Shown piece by piece: positions 1 to 13,250 of a DNA stretch of 64,000 nucleotides. A program made the position numbers and the translations under genes. Numbering within the stretch: position 1 is the first letter of the stretch; each line of letters begins with the position of its first letter. The notes beneath the pieces were generated by a model that was given only the letters and a program-made list of their open reading frames with translations, was not told the origin of the DNA and made no database searches. The stretch lies in NCBI GenBank assembly GCA_035084275.1, contig CM068757.1:4030001-4094000 (forward strand), written 5' to 3'. This DNA is from Hydrolagus colliei (Eukaryota).

Positions 1-279
1 GGTTATCGGCTTGCCGCTAGTAAAGTTGCACTGCCATTTTTTTCACCTGCTTGGCGTTCTCCATTTAAAAAAGAATCGCTGGATTATAAACTTCAATTAG
101 TAAAGGTGAGAAGCCCAAGAGAGTAGTTTTAACAATAAGTACCAATACAATATTCTGTTATTATTTAGTCTGGTGTGTATGGTGTGCGTTAAAAGAATTT
201 TAATTTTTTTGTATTGGGTTTTCGGCTGTGGACCATCCGAATATGCGGCAGGTGCTTTAACAGGCATTGGCCAGGTCCC

Positions 280-360
280 GCGAATGCTGTATAAATGGGC
301 TCTTACTGCACTGTACTTTTCTTTTTTGTTATGACCTAAATAAATTCCATATGTTGGCTG
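280..360 (+). terminator. Possible 3'UTR end / polyadenylation signal of an unidentified upstream gene
   Basis: TGTA motifs and a T-rich tract followed by AATAAA at 339-344 and GT-rich sequence downstream; no coding exon visible. Confidence 0.3.
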
Positions 361-1230
361 AATTCAAGGTACTCTGTGCTATTTTGCCTGGAAGATTCAT
401 TTAACTTCAATTTGTGTAAACCTTGGGAGGCATTTAGTCTTTAATATGGTACATAAACAGTCGAATTATGGACGTGTTCAACATTGTTTAAAAAAACGGC
501 TTTGGAATAAGATATCACATGCAAAGGTAATTTTCACATTGGCAAGTTCTGAAAACAAGGTCCTCTTTATGCCCGGTACTGTGAGTCTCATTCAAATGCA
601 TTTATGGTTCCAAGATCTTTGACTCACGCTATTTCATCGCTGTGGGTTAACCATTCTGGACAAGGGCCACTCCACAGGGTCTGTTTCTAACTCACGTGCA
701 GACATCTGAAATTTGCTACTTTAATTGTGTTCTTGGCCAACTGCAAACCATTGTCTTTACATTAAAAAGTAAATCGACTTACGTTCTGACGTGTAGTTGA
801 TGAGTCACAACAGAAGGCACCCACTCCTGTTAAATACCATTGTTTATTACAAACTGTTAATTCTGCAGTCCTCCTTTATTTTTTAACCTTAAATACGCAG
901 TTGGAAAGTTCAGAGGACTGCAGTGTCAATATTTATACAATATTCACGTTGTGTTCAGTTACACTACTTTGAAACACATTATTGGATTAAGCATTCGAGT
1001 CTCCTCTGGCTCCACGACACCCCTAGGCGTACCATTATTTGATCTTTTGTGATTCGGTGCTGCAAATTTGTATAACATTAGACAAATTCTAACATTATAC
1101 GGCTACAAAAGTACGCAAATTCAACCGTGTACAAATGATGGCCCCCAGTATAAAATTATGCGGATTTTAACAATAGATGACTTAACATGTGCAAACTCAA
1201 CTGTATGTTAATGTATGCGGAAATTCAGGT

Positions 1231-1673
1231 GTCAGCCCAGCTCAGTTGGTTGCATTCTCACTTTCGACTTTAGAAGGTTGCAGGTTCAACTCCCGCATTA
1301 GGATTTGGAACTCGAATATATTCGAGTTGGTACTCCAGTGAAGTGCTGAGGGTGTGCTGCATTGACAGAGATATAATCCTCTGGGCGAGAAGTTAAACCA
1401 AGGTCCATCCCATTTACCTTTTCAGGAACACAATAAAGATTTCATTGCTACTTTGCTACTCCATTGCTACAAGCCTACTTTGAACAGACAAGGAACTTTC
1501 ACCCGGTTTCTCTCCTGGCCAAGTATTATCTAAATAAAATGAATGTTCACTTCATGACTGTTTGTGAGATATTGCTGTGCTCAAATTAGCTGTCGCATTC
1601 ATTCACAGTATATGTTGTGAAGTTCTTTGAGACATCCTCCCAGCATGAATATCAATGTAAGGATCATTATTAT
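1231..1673 (+). mobile_element. Old near-full-length DeuSINE (SacSINE1-like)
   Basis: tRNA-like head (GCTCAGTTGG...GGTTCAACTCC), Deu-like core (ACTCCAGTG..GTGCTGAGGG.GTGCTGCATTG; GTTAAACCAAGG), 3' tail ending GTAAGGATCATTATTAT. Confidence 0.7.
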
Positions 1674-4294
1674 GGCACACATGCAACACAGAAGTGTTTT
1701 GCAGTCATAGACTAAATGTAATATAAATATATACAGGTACATGTATGTGTATATGTCTATATATAACTTATATTAATCTATTTTTCAGGACAAATTCAAC
1801 ATATTTTGGTCAATTTACTTTACAGTATATTCTCTGAAGCGCTATATCAAATCCAAGGATTATTATCATTATTATTACTGCATTATATTACAGTGCTAGA
1901 TTGATGGGCTGTTCTTCAAGTGAAACCTGACCTGATTACAATCTGGATATCTGCAAAATCTTGTATTGTGCACTGACTGAGCAATTCATTTACTTTGAAT
2001 TTACTTTGAACATCATTGCCAAGTTTGCTGTGAAAACCATTAGAATCCATTTGCTGTTCACTTTTGCCAAAGATCCTCTAAAAATACATGATATCTGAGT
2101 AAAGTAAAACATTAGTCTGTTGTGTTCTTTTTGGCAATCACCAAATAAAATGATATTTCCTTAGCAGCTGATGTGCTTTAGTTCTGTGTCTTTTTTTTCT
2201 TCCAATTGTATTTCCATAAAAGGAATTCCCTTTTTCTAAAAAAAAAGTGTGGCAATTTCTATCTTGTTTTATTCGTTTGCTGCTTATGTATACGAGCATT
2301 TTCAGGGTTGTGTTTTGGGATTAGATGTGGGGACACACATCATAATTTATGTTTGCATTTTGGTGTTGTGTAACACCAACCATTCCTCAGTTTTAGTTCT
2401 TCACCCAGAATTATGTTCCCACTGAGCAAAAGGGAAGCTTTATACGCAACAAAACTGCAGGCTTTTTGTGTACGAGTGGACTGATTCCTTTGCCAAAAAG
2501 TTCTGAGGAGAATACATTACTTCAGCTGAGAAGAACTTACAGCCTCCCTTGCCAACAATTACCACTGTTTTATAAGAAACAACTTCACAAAATACTATTT
2601 AAAAAAATCTGATGTTTGAATTGCAATAGTGTAGCACTCAAAAAGACTGACTAGCATAAAACCAAGAGGTGTCAACAAATAAACCTGAAGATTTATTAAA
2701 TTTATTGCATTTCTTGGGGCACATTAGAGATCTTTAAAAGCAAAGAGAGGGATTGTTAACATCCTGCCAATGGAGCCTGAGAAAGAGATTAAGACAGAAT
2801 GAATATTTAAAATGACTTTTTATTGTTCTCTTAGCATTTTTATTATTCCCAGGCCATTTGGAGGAATTCAGTGATTTGTTATTACGAGAAATTAACTAGG
2901 TGCACAATCGATCTTAAGCGCTCATTAACAGGGAAACGGGTTTATTCCATGCGTACAAATAAGCATTACAACATTTTGAACTTGGCTTTTTGCTTCTGAA
3001 ATTTTCCATTTAATTCTGAATAGCACTCGTTTTAAGTAACTCCATAACAGCAGGTAGATTCCTCTCACTAGTACTTTGTTCGTCCCATTATAAAGATGTA
3101 ACTGAAGGATAGCTACAAACCATCATTGTTCATGATCCCTCCAAAAAGAGACAGTAATTGACGCCTCGTCAACGTGATATAGTGATATATCTTACTTTCA
3201 TCTCACATTTCATAGACAAAATATGTTTGAATTTCACAGAATTAGAATTTCAATCAAGGGAACTCCACGTTTTCATCAGCTTGCAGTCGTATTCTGTTTC
3301 ATTAGATTTAATGGTCACCAGTTTGCTGTGCAAGCAGCTTGCTATAAATGGCAATAGGCCATCTTGTTAATGCAGTTTTTCCTTTTCTTTTCAGGGCCTC
3401 TTTGCCTCGAGCAACCGAGGAAACTGACTGACACTTGCGTTATGTGGATTGAAATGAAACATCAGGAATGGAGCAAGGTGAGATGGCAGCTGCTGGATTT
3501 CTCAGCTCAGAGATGGGCCTCTGTTAATGACTGGATAATGCACCTTGCAGCAAAGCGGAATAGATTGCAAGCATCAGTAATGGATTGCAGGTTTAATTTC
3601 TAAACCCGCTTTTGCCTAGCTGCAGTGCACCCCAGTGTTTTGTAGTGACATTGCACCCGACTGCAGTCCCATCAATTAATTATTGTTCACCAGTCTACTA
3701 GTTATATAAAGTATATTTTCATTGGCATTGCTTTGTACTTCCTTGCAATTTATTAGATAAAGATGATGTGCCCCAATGGTGCATTCGCAATGTAATATTG
3801 CATAATAATAATAAACCTGATATTTGTTTTAGGATCTTTCATGTTGGTATTTTGTGGGCAAACCCAGCAGGCAATTTGCACACAGAAATGCTCCACAAAT
3901 AGATATGAAGTGAATCACCAATTTTAACTGGGAGGCTCTTGGTCAATGTTAAACTGCTTCCTGAGGTTGTGCATTCCCAGTTCTACCACTGTACAGTATA
4001 ATGACCAGTGGTTTCTGTTGCAGCCCTGATAGGCTTTTGAATGAGTTTGTGAGCAGATGTTTTTGAAGGCACTTCATGGCAAGGTCACACGAGAGATTTG
4101 GATGAAAAAGGCCATTCAGCCGATTTGATCTCATCCTTTTAGAATTGTCATCCTCATGCCACCTTAACAACAACAACACAATTACACTTGTATAGCGCCT
4201 TTCACGTCAGGTGGATGTAAATTGAGATTCAAGTACTGTACCTGTGCTTATTGAGTCCATCTATCAAATTTTCCCTCTGCATGTTTAGGTAGAC

Positions 4295-4545
4295 ATTAAA
4301 ATTCCCATGCTACTATTCAAAAAGAGAAGGGAGTTTGTCTTGGTGTCCTGATAAAATTGGTCATTCACTTCACAGTTATTTGTGGGCCATTGCAGTGCAC
4401 AAATAAGCTGTTGCGTTGCCTAGAAATACCCAGTAGTTAATTCCAAAGTGGACTAGGACTCATTTCACTGCGAGTGCTGTGAAGTGCATTGAGGCATCCT
4501 CCTGTTGAAAGGTACTATATTAAATGCATGTATTATTATTATTAG
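4295..4545 (+). mobile_element. DeuSINE 3' fragment
   Basis: CCCATGCTACTATTCAAAAAGAGAAGGGAG...GGTGTCCTG...GTGGGCCATTGCAGTGCACAAAT and a (TTA)n tail. Confidence 0.7.
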
Positions 4546-5399
4546 TAGTAATACTGTACTAACGAAAGTGTCTGCGCAGCAGAATAATTCAATCTGCATA
4601 ACAGATGATCTGACACCTGATTCTAATCATACAACGAGAGGGGATAAAAACATATTTCTGGCCTTGTATAATTTGCTATATTCAGTTCATGGTACATTTG
4701 AATTCTGAGCGTTTATACTGACACAAAGTATTTTCTTGGCAAAATCGTAGCTCCGGAGGCACCATTACTATATGTTGATGCGAGCCTGGTCTCTAAGCAG
4801 CACCATACCTTTAGTCAGACCCAGTCAGCTTTCAACACTGTAGCTTTGAAGTTTTATCTACTATATATGTTTACGTGAAAGCTTACTCACAGAAAAAAAG
4901 AGTGGAAAAGCATGGTTATTATCATGCGTTGATAGTTATTTTTTTAAATTAAGTCTTAAGTTTCAGAAGCATCGCTGTGACCATGTAAGTGCTTCAGGTT
5001 CAACATTGGTAATTATTCAGATGAAGTGAGCAAAATGGTACTACTGTAATCAGTGGACCACTATATTTTTAACTGCAATTACCCAAGCAATTTGATCCGC
5101 AATTCTGAGAATTTGTTTCCCCAAGCCCATGAAACGACGTTCTTTCCAGATTTTGCAACAACAACATTCAATTATTGTCAATCTTTCTATGGTAAATTTA
5201 TGTTTAGTGGGAAATAAGTACCTGTAATAAGCTACGCATTAAATGTTTTATGCAGTGGGTTTTTCTGGTGTTTCAGAAATACTTGTGTTTTAAAAATATA
5301 TATTTTTTGCTTGGATTGCAGATGTGACCATGTTCACTGAGAGGAAAGTTCATGTGACCAGTTGCTTTTGTAGAACTAAACAGAAAGATAAAAAAAAAC

Positions 5400-5700
5400 T
5401 GTGTTGGGATAGAGGGAGATTAAAGGCCATCAGAGAGAGAGAGAGAGAGAGAGAATAATCATCTGTCAGATGAGAAGCTAGAGATTGAGAGAGGTATGTG
5501 AGCTGTATTAAAGCCAAGGATGAGTTTCATTTTATGGAGTTAAGAGTTACTAATGGGCAAAGGAGAGTGGGACATGAAAGAAGAAATCCATGTTTCTTGA
5601 AGGGAGCTTTAGCAGTGGAGCAGATATCAGCATTCCTTTGGAGATTAGCAATGATAGCGAGGCCAAGAATGTTGTGCAAAAATAGGCCCACTGTTGCTAC
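5400..5700 (-). mobile_element. Decayed L2 LINE ORF2 remnant with embedded (GA)n at 5432-5454
   Basis: Purine-rich + strand typical of antisense L2; minus translation LGLAII...ICSTAKAPFK resembles L2 ORF2 segments. Confidence 0.45.
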
Positions 5701-6077
5701 AAATTGGGGGGTTTTGTGTAGACTGGTAGCTGTTGTGTAGATCGGCGTCAATCAAGAAAACGGTGCATTTGAAGAATTGTATTGCTTCTTGTAAATGTTT
5801 GGATGTGATCCACAATAACAACAGCAACAAAATTACATTTGTATAGCGCCTTTCACATCGGAAGGACGTCACAACTTTGATGAATCATCACAGTTTAGTG
5901 ATTCATCTATTGGTGGAAAAAAGAACGTTGGGCAAATTGAGCGTTGAGAGCCTTGAGCTTGGTCACTGTGTCACAAAATGGGTTAGTGCCAAATGAAGAT
6001 TGTCTGACCAGCGGCAAGAACCCAAGTTCCCAGACCTGTCAGGGAGATACAGTGAGGGAGGACAAGTGAATGATGAT

Positions 6078-6260
6078 GATAATAATCCTTGCATTTGATA
6101 AAGCGCTTTTCACATCTTCTAAACGTCTCAAAGCGCTTCACAGATTATACTGTAAAGTGAATTAACTGCATATTTGTGGGAGAAACGCGGCAGCTATTTG
6201 CGCACAGCAGTAATCCCGCAAACAGTCGTGAATTGAGTGACCAAATTATTATTATTATTT
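6078..6260 (-). mobile_element. SINE 3' half
   Basis: ATAATCCTTGCATTTGATA..GCGCTTTTCACATC...GGCAGCTATTTGCGCACAGCAG, the reverse complement of the shared SINE tail. Confidence 0.85.
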
Positions 6261-9200
6261 TTGGAATGATCACAGGGAAGGGGGGAAAATCAGAAGACAA
6301 GTCTGTAATCACAGAGTTTCTTGTGCACATCCTAGTGATTGTTTACACAATGAATTGCCAGAGTTTGAGAGTAATACTTAATAATAATACTGTAAATAAT
6401 CCTTGCACCTTATCACGTTATCAAGACCGCTCAAAATGCCTCACATGATATACTGTATAGTGGAGTGACCGTGTATTTTGTGGGTGAGATTTCTCACTCA
6501 ATAAAAAAATGATGGACTGAGCAGGGCCTAAAAGACAAGCCGACGGAATCTGAACTAAAGGAGGCTAAACATAAATTGAGCTCTGTATTGTGTTCACACT
6601 CAGATACTAATTACTAACAATTCAGTCATGATCTTTCTGAGGTAGGTTTTCCATTCCAGGATTTGATATACCGAACGTTTTCAGATGGGTACATCAAAAG
6701 TTTTTGAATACCAGCAGTACAGTTAGAGGGTTTTTTTGTAGAGTTGAGCTCATGGAAATATTTTTTTTTTCAGTTGCGTGTTATAATTTCCACAGGCAAC
6801 TATTTTTCTAACGGTATCTTTTCACTGAAGGAATTAACTTCAATTGAACTCAGCTGTTACTATCTGACAATTATTATTTCCATTACTGCACTACCACATC
6901 AATCGGACCGATACAGTTTTACTGTGGGATAAGCAGTTATGTCATCAACTGAGTCAGCAACTTGAAATTATGCCTCACCTCCAGCCGAACTATAACTATG
7001 AAAGTGTGACAAAGGGGGTATTTAGTTTAAAGTATGGGTGACAATTCGTTTCACCCTGCCTACAAAACCATTATTTTTTCTATGATAGAAAGATACAGAA
7101 ACCTGGTTTCTGATCTTTATATGTTCTGTTGATGTGTTCCAACCCATTGGATCCTTGATCGATGAGAATAATGTACCTCCTTTCAATTGTGTAACATTTA
7201 CTAAAACTTGTATCTGTCCGGGATTAACTCCACTGAATCCCCCACTCTTTATGCCTTCTGTCCCTTGCATTCAAAACCCTCCCAAAAAGTCTACCTCTTT
7301 TACAATAGCTGTTATATTGCTGTATAGAAATGTTTTGTTTAGAAATGCACATTAGAACGAATATTCAAAATATATTTTATTTATTGCGTTTACAGAATAT
7401 TATTTTGTTTATTGCATATGCAAGAACAACTCTGCTTAATAATACTATCATTCTTATAGTCCATGACTGCTTTATTGACTTAATGTGTGCATGTTTTTCA
7501 TGCCTTTTAGAAACAATGTGCAGTATTCAACCAACTAGAAATACAACTCTGAATAGTTTCTCAAGAATATCTATGATGTCAATTGCAAGAGTTTCAGAAG
7601 GCTTAATAACCTTAATACCCCATGAAATGTGATGCGAGGGAGATTTAACACCAGAGCAAGGTGATTTATTAATAGTTTACCAGGGAAATTTTACCACAAG
7701 TGTTAATAAGTCAAATGTTTTGGATATAAATGGAACTAAGAAAAGCTATTATGGGATCGAAAGATTTCAACATGGGAACATGTTATATTGATTACACAAA
7801 CAAATATTTAAAGTGTTGAAAACAATAGACAAGTAGAAACAATGGAACTAGACTATCCTTGGTTGTATCAGAATTGAGTTCGACTTGTTTGGAAATAAAA
7901 ATGGTACAGTTTATGCACAATCTGATCCTTTGTTTCTCGAAGAAAATGCTATAATGATCATAAAGAGGTTAATAACGTGGCGGAAAATATTAGTAACATA
8001 ACCAACAACTGTTTAAAGGCACTCAACTTAGATCAAGTGAGTGTACGTGCCAATCAATCATGAACCTTGACTTTCTATTTGAGTTTCATGAGATTTATTT
8101 CTTAAACTACATCTGTTCTAAATTTAAATAGTATCTGTTCTAAAGTTTTATTCACTTGAGGAAAGGGGGAGGGGGAATGTCACAAAATGATTATCAACAT
8201 GTACAGTATTTGATGTCTTTCAAAGTGACTTTCATACCCCTATGTGTGATTGTTGGCAGATATTCAATTTGTGATTTTGCAAGTTTTCATTCCATATCTG
8301 TGAGATGCAGAAATAAAATCTAACAAACTGGTTTTCACTAAATGGTTTTAGCTTATACACAAATGTGAGATTTCTGCAGTCCCGTCCATTGCTCCTCTTG
8401 CAGTATATCAGCTGTGCTGAACAAGTTATTGTGAGTTGCTTCCATCTTTCCTCACATTTCATTTCATCAGATAGTTGAGATAACTGAACGCTGCATAATG
8501 CTGGAATTTGTATTTTGTTGATGCCTTGGTTGGGTGTGGAAGGAGTATAGTGATTCAGTTTCCTGCGCGGCTCATAATACTGAAAAGATTGAATTAAAAA
8601 GAAAATTGATAGTGGGTGGGCTGACAGCAAATTACAGGCCTGCAACTATTATTTGTCTTGTCGCCAGTTCAAGAATGGCTTGTGACAGCTTGTTGTGCAT
8701 ATAGTTGAAAACTATTGGAACATTTTTATTCTTTGACACCTTCTTTATAGACAAAGTCGCAGGTGTCATAAGTAACGTTTTGTAACATGTGTAACACAAG
8801 AAGTAAACTATTATTAGCTGAAGATATTCCAAAGATTTATGACAATCAAAAGGAAACTTGCCGGTAAAAAAAAAGATGTCTCAGCTTTTATAACTGATGT
8901 TGAATCTACAGGCATTGAAAAGACCTTGCAGCCACTGTGCCAATGACTGTATGTAAGTGCTGGAACTCAGTTGGCAGACAGCAGAGACAGAGTGACCTTT
9001 GAATGTGTTATGGGGGGAGGCTAGATGAGCTGGGCTGAAGTCTTTCTCTTCCTGGATCACTTACTCTAGCTCAATCAGTCAGGCATTTGGCATTACAATG
9101 ATATCCCAGGGTAGATTTCACCCTCTTAAAATATTGCGCTGTGTGTAATTAACGCACATTTCAATGTAATCCCCACCACTTGTACACTCTACACCATGCA

Positions 9201-9394
9201 TTGCCGCGATGAACTAGATGATAAAGTAATCCAAATAGAGTCCAGATACCACATTCCAGATGTGCCGCTAAAATATTGCGCAACATGTCATCAATGTACT
9301 AGTGCCAGGAACTTAGCCCTGCGTTTGTGAATCAAACATTCACGTGAAATAATTATCATCCTTTCTCTTATCGAAGAGTGCAATGCCATCTCAG

Positions 9395-9490
9395 AGGAGG
9401 ACAGACATTGGTTTAACACCTCATTCGAAAGACAACACCTCTGAGAATGTAGCACTCCCACAACACTGCACTGGAGTACCAGTCTAGACA
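9395..9490 (-). mobile_element. Isolated Deu-domain core fragment
   Basis: GGTTTAACACCTCATTCGAAAGACAACACCTCTGAGAATGTAGCACTCCC..CACTGCACTGGAGT is antisense to the core seen at about 1330-1400. Confidence 0.65.
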
Positions 9491-11473
9491 ACGATACACA
9501 TTAATAGTGAGTCATGCGGGAAATTGGAGGGTTGCATTGTCAACAGATAATGTACCATAAGGAAGTTCACAAGCTTTGATCCGTTAACAAGACTGATGTT
9601 TTCATCTTTGTATTTGTATTCCATCTCTTTTGTGAAACAATTGAGTTTTTTTTAACTTGTGTCTGCAGAAAGAAGCCAAATGGATCCTACTGATAGTATT
9701 CTCACCTGGGTAGTTCTTTTTTCTTGCTATAATTACTGATCTTTGGCTGCATATCATATACATTTTTAAGTATCTATTTAACATGACATTTAAATGTGTA
9801 AATGTGAGGTGAGAAAATAATACTTAATTTTTTACATGGGAGGCAAATTACTTTGGATGGGAGAATAAGAAATACAGTTTTACATACAAGGTTCCCCACT
9901 TTTTTCAATTAAATTTAACAATATTAATTTAGCATCTAACACAATTCTCATTTGGATCTCTGAAACATAATATTTTTAATGAACTTTTCTAATATGGCTA
10001 TTTATAAAATTACTAATCATAGCAGTTGTTACCTCATAATTCTGTTCAACATATCAAACTGTTGTTCTTAATGAATACATTGTATTGCATAGGACCACTA
10101 GTAAAGTTTCAAACTCACTCAATCCTAAATCGCTTTGGCTTATAGTGTTGAAGTGAGTAATCAAATGCCGGCCAAAATTTCATTATGATTATGAAAGACT
10201 CAAGTTTTGCTTATTCTGAAATAAATTTCCGAGTACTGTATTAGCAATCACTCTTTTTTGTAAAACAAATCCCTTGAATAATGACTTTACCATTTGGTAA
10301 CTGATAAAAATTAGGAAGCAATTTGACCTCATTTTTGTTGTCATGAATACTGTATTACAAATTCCTTGAACCCTGAATAACCTGCAACTTTTTGGCCAAA
10401 TAAATGTTATCCTTGGATAGGGAGTCTTATGAAGTGCATCTCAAAGGAGACTATTTTCAAATCATTAAATGACAATCTGTTGAAGTGAATGAGAAGTAGT
10501 TTGAATTCTGTTTGGATAAAAATGAAGTTTGGAAAACTCCTTGATAAAATTGATTGTATTGTGAAATCTCATAGCCAAAATACACTGCAGTGTTTGCTTG
10601 CAATTAAATCTTGTGGAGGGTCTCATTCTCTGCACCTGCTTAGCAACTTAACAACAGGGCTTTGTTGTACTATAAACAACTTAATAACTGTTTTTTGTAC
10701 CAGAAGAATTTTCACCATGATCCATAAATTTTGGCCATAGGGAAAAAAATTGGTTTGCAAAGATTTCAATTCTGTTTGATCTATTCAATTTGCCTCGTTC
10801 TCATAGACCTCCTTATGCCCTTTGCTTTCTCCTCGCTTTGTGATGTCTCTTTTTGAAATGTACACAGATTTGAACATGCCATAATGTGACATTGGGTGGC
10901 AGTGACATGACACTAATTGACAAGAGAGAGGCTATAAATGCATACTTTATCCACATTCACGAGCAGTGAAGGAATGTGAAATGTATTTTAAGTTGGATGA
11001 TTTTTTTTGTTGGCACAGTAGCACAACATGATGTGTAACTTTATATAGTACATCATTGTTTTTTGGATACAATGAATATTAGGTGCTGCAGATTTAAAGA
11101 GCTTCAAGTATAATTAAACGATTTTTAAAAAGAATTACTCACGTTGTTTGACGCTTCATTGCTGTGTGTAGAAATGAATAGGTCAATTATAGAACATACA
11201 ACACAAGGATATATGTTTCTATTAACAAAATGACTCAAACCATTCTCAGATGGATTCAGACACTTGTTTGAGTGATTGCTCTAGGACAGCAATAAATTGT
11301 GGAATTACATTAAAAATGAAGAATAGTGTGGATTGTGAACTCGTTCAAGGCTCAGACAAATTACCAAGGCTGCTAATTATAGTCCTTAAAGACTAACTAA
11401 TTTTTCTTTGCAGCTTATAGTTAGAAATAAATACTGAATAGTAATGTGCATATAAACTAGAGGGAAAAGTCAT

Positions 11474-11789
11474 TAATAATAATCCTTGCATTTGATATAG
11501 AGCATTTCACGGCTATTAGACATCTCAAAGTGCTTCACAGAATTCACTGTGAAGTGAATTGACAGTATATTTTGTGGGCGAAATGTGGCAGCCAATTGTG
11601 CACAGCAGTGTCCCACAAACAGGCGTGGATTGAAATGATCAATTTTTTAAAAAAATTTTTAGGGATTATTGTTAGGCGTGTGAAGTAAGTAAACTTGCCC
11701 AAGGTTTCGACCTGACCTGACCTGCCTGGAATCGAACCCAGGTCTCTTGCTTGTAAGGCAAGTGCTCTAAACACTGAGCTACAGGGCTC
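11474..11789 (-). mobile_element. Full-length tRNA-derived SINE (about 315 bp)
   Basis: Minus strand: GAGCCCTGTAGCTCAGTG (A box), GGTTCGATTCC (B box), body shared with other copies, (TTA)n tail. Confidence 0.92.
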
Positions 11790-11971
11790 TACATTATTGT
11801 CAATTGTAAATGCAACACAAATGAAAACTGGTGATAGAATAATAATTCTTGATGAACTAATGTCATTTGATATCAAAATGAGCATACATTTAATTTAGTA
11901 ACTGATTAAAGTAAATGAAGCAGAGAGTGGTGATAAGAGAATAAGTTAAAAGGGGAGTTTGAATGGAGTGC

Positions 11972-12112
11972 TCGGGTCCACGACCCTTCGTCAGAATTGA
12001 CTAGTGGTTCTGTTCTGACAAAGGGTCATGGACCCAAAACGTTGGCTCACTTTCCTTTCTCCATAGATGCTGCCTGACCTGCTGTGTGTTCCCAGCGATT
12101 TCTGTTTTTGTC
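11972..12112 (+). mobile_element. Penelope-like-element-derived palindromic repeat with degenerate hammerhead ribozyme cores
   Basis: 23-bp inverted arms 11974-11996 and 12013-12035 (21/23 identical); each arm reads CTGACRA-AGGGTC-NNN-GACCC; followed by AAAACGTT and TTCTCCATAGATGCTGCCTGACCTGCTG, a sequence I recognise from shark Penelope-associated repeats. Confidence 0.65.
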
Positions 12113-12997
12113 TTAAGTACACATTGTGGGGAGTGCTTTGGAATCAAAGTTGATAGCCAACATCGTACAAAGAGCATATGATACCTGAGCTGATCACTGC
12201 CAATCACTGTCTGTCGATGCAGACAAATCCAAAGTAGCGCATGTTGGGAATCAAATCTTGAGGCACATATCCCTTGAATGGAATCGAATTTGCCAAGGGA
12301 AGATTGAACAAAATCTGGGGAGGTTAATTGATTTTTTTGCTCTGTGTGACACAGCACTAAATCAAACAAATAGGATGCCGAGAGTGACATCATTTTAATC
12401 TGTATTCATTTATATGTTAACCTCAGCAGTGACAACCCCGAGTGCATGATAAATTTTATGTGGCTTTTTTTTAATATAAGGCTAGTGGCTTTTGAACTTA
12501 CTAAATCACGTTATTGTGCCTTAATTGAAAAGGGAGTTGAACGACTATTTGGAGAAGACTTCAAGTGTGAAGCAAGAGTGATAAAGTGGTGTAAAATCAT
12601 TTCTGTTCTTTTGGACTAGCCAAATAGACCACAATAGCCTTTCCCTATGCAGAACATTCCTATCTTCGTATGTATGTTGTCTTTCTGGTGATTCATTGTA
12701 ACATCTGTGGCCAGAGGATTATTCCTTTCATGTCGTGCCACTCTTCAGGGCTTTTTATCCATCCTTTGTGGTACAACATTGTTGAAGTTCTCACATGATT
12801 ACTCTACTGCAAAAATAAAAACCTTAGTCTAGCAAACAAATTAGAGCATTCATGCACGCGAATTGTGGGTAAGTTTCTGAAATTATTCCTTCTGCATTGA
12901 TTGCAATCTAGAGATAAAAAGGTCGGATTTAGTTCAAGGCTATCTCTCTAAATTATTCTGATAGCACTGTTAGCACTAAAATAATAATGATTCTGAT

Positions 12998-13250
12998 CCT
13001 CCTGGAACTAACAGATGTCAGTCGATTATCAGATTGCTTTCTGGGGGTAATAATCCCTTCAAAAAAACAAATAAGTGACACTAATTTGGTCACAACTGTG
13101 TGTGGGACACTGCTGTGCGCAATTGGCTGCCGCGTTTCGCCCACAAAATACAGTCAATTCACTCTGCACTGCAGTATATTCTGTGAAGCTCTTTGAGACA
13201 TATTGAAGACATGATAAAGTGCTAAATCAAATGCAAGGATTATTATTATG
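12998..13250 (+). mobile_element. SINE, 5'-truncated, long-form internal segment
   Basis: GGGGTAATAATCCC...TGTGGGACACTGCTGTGCGCAATTGGCTGCCGCG...ATCAAATGCAAGGATTATTATT. Confidence 0.88.
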
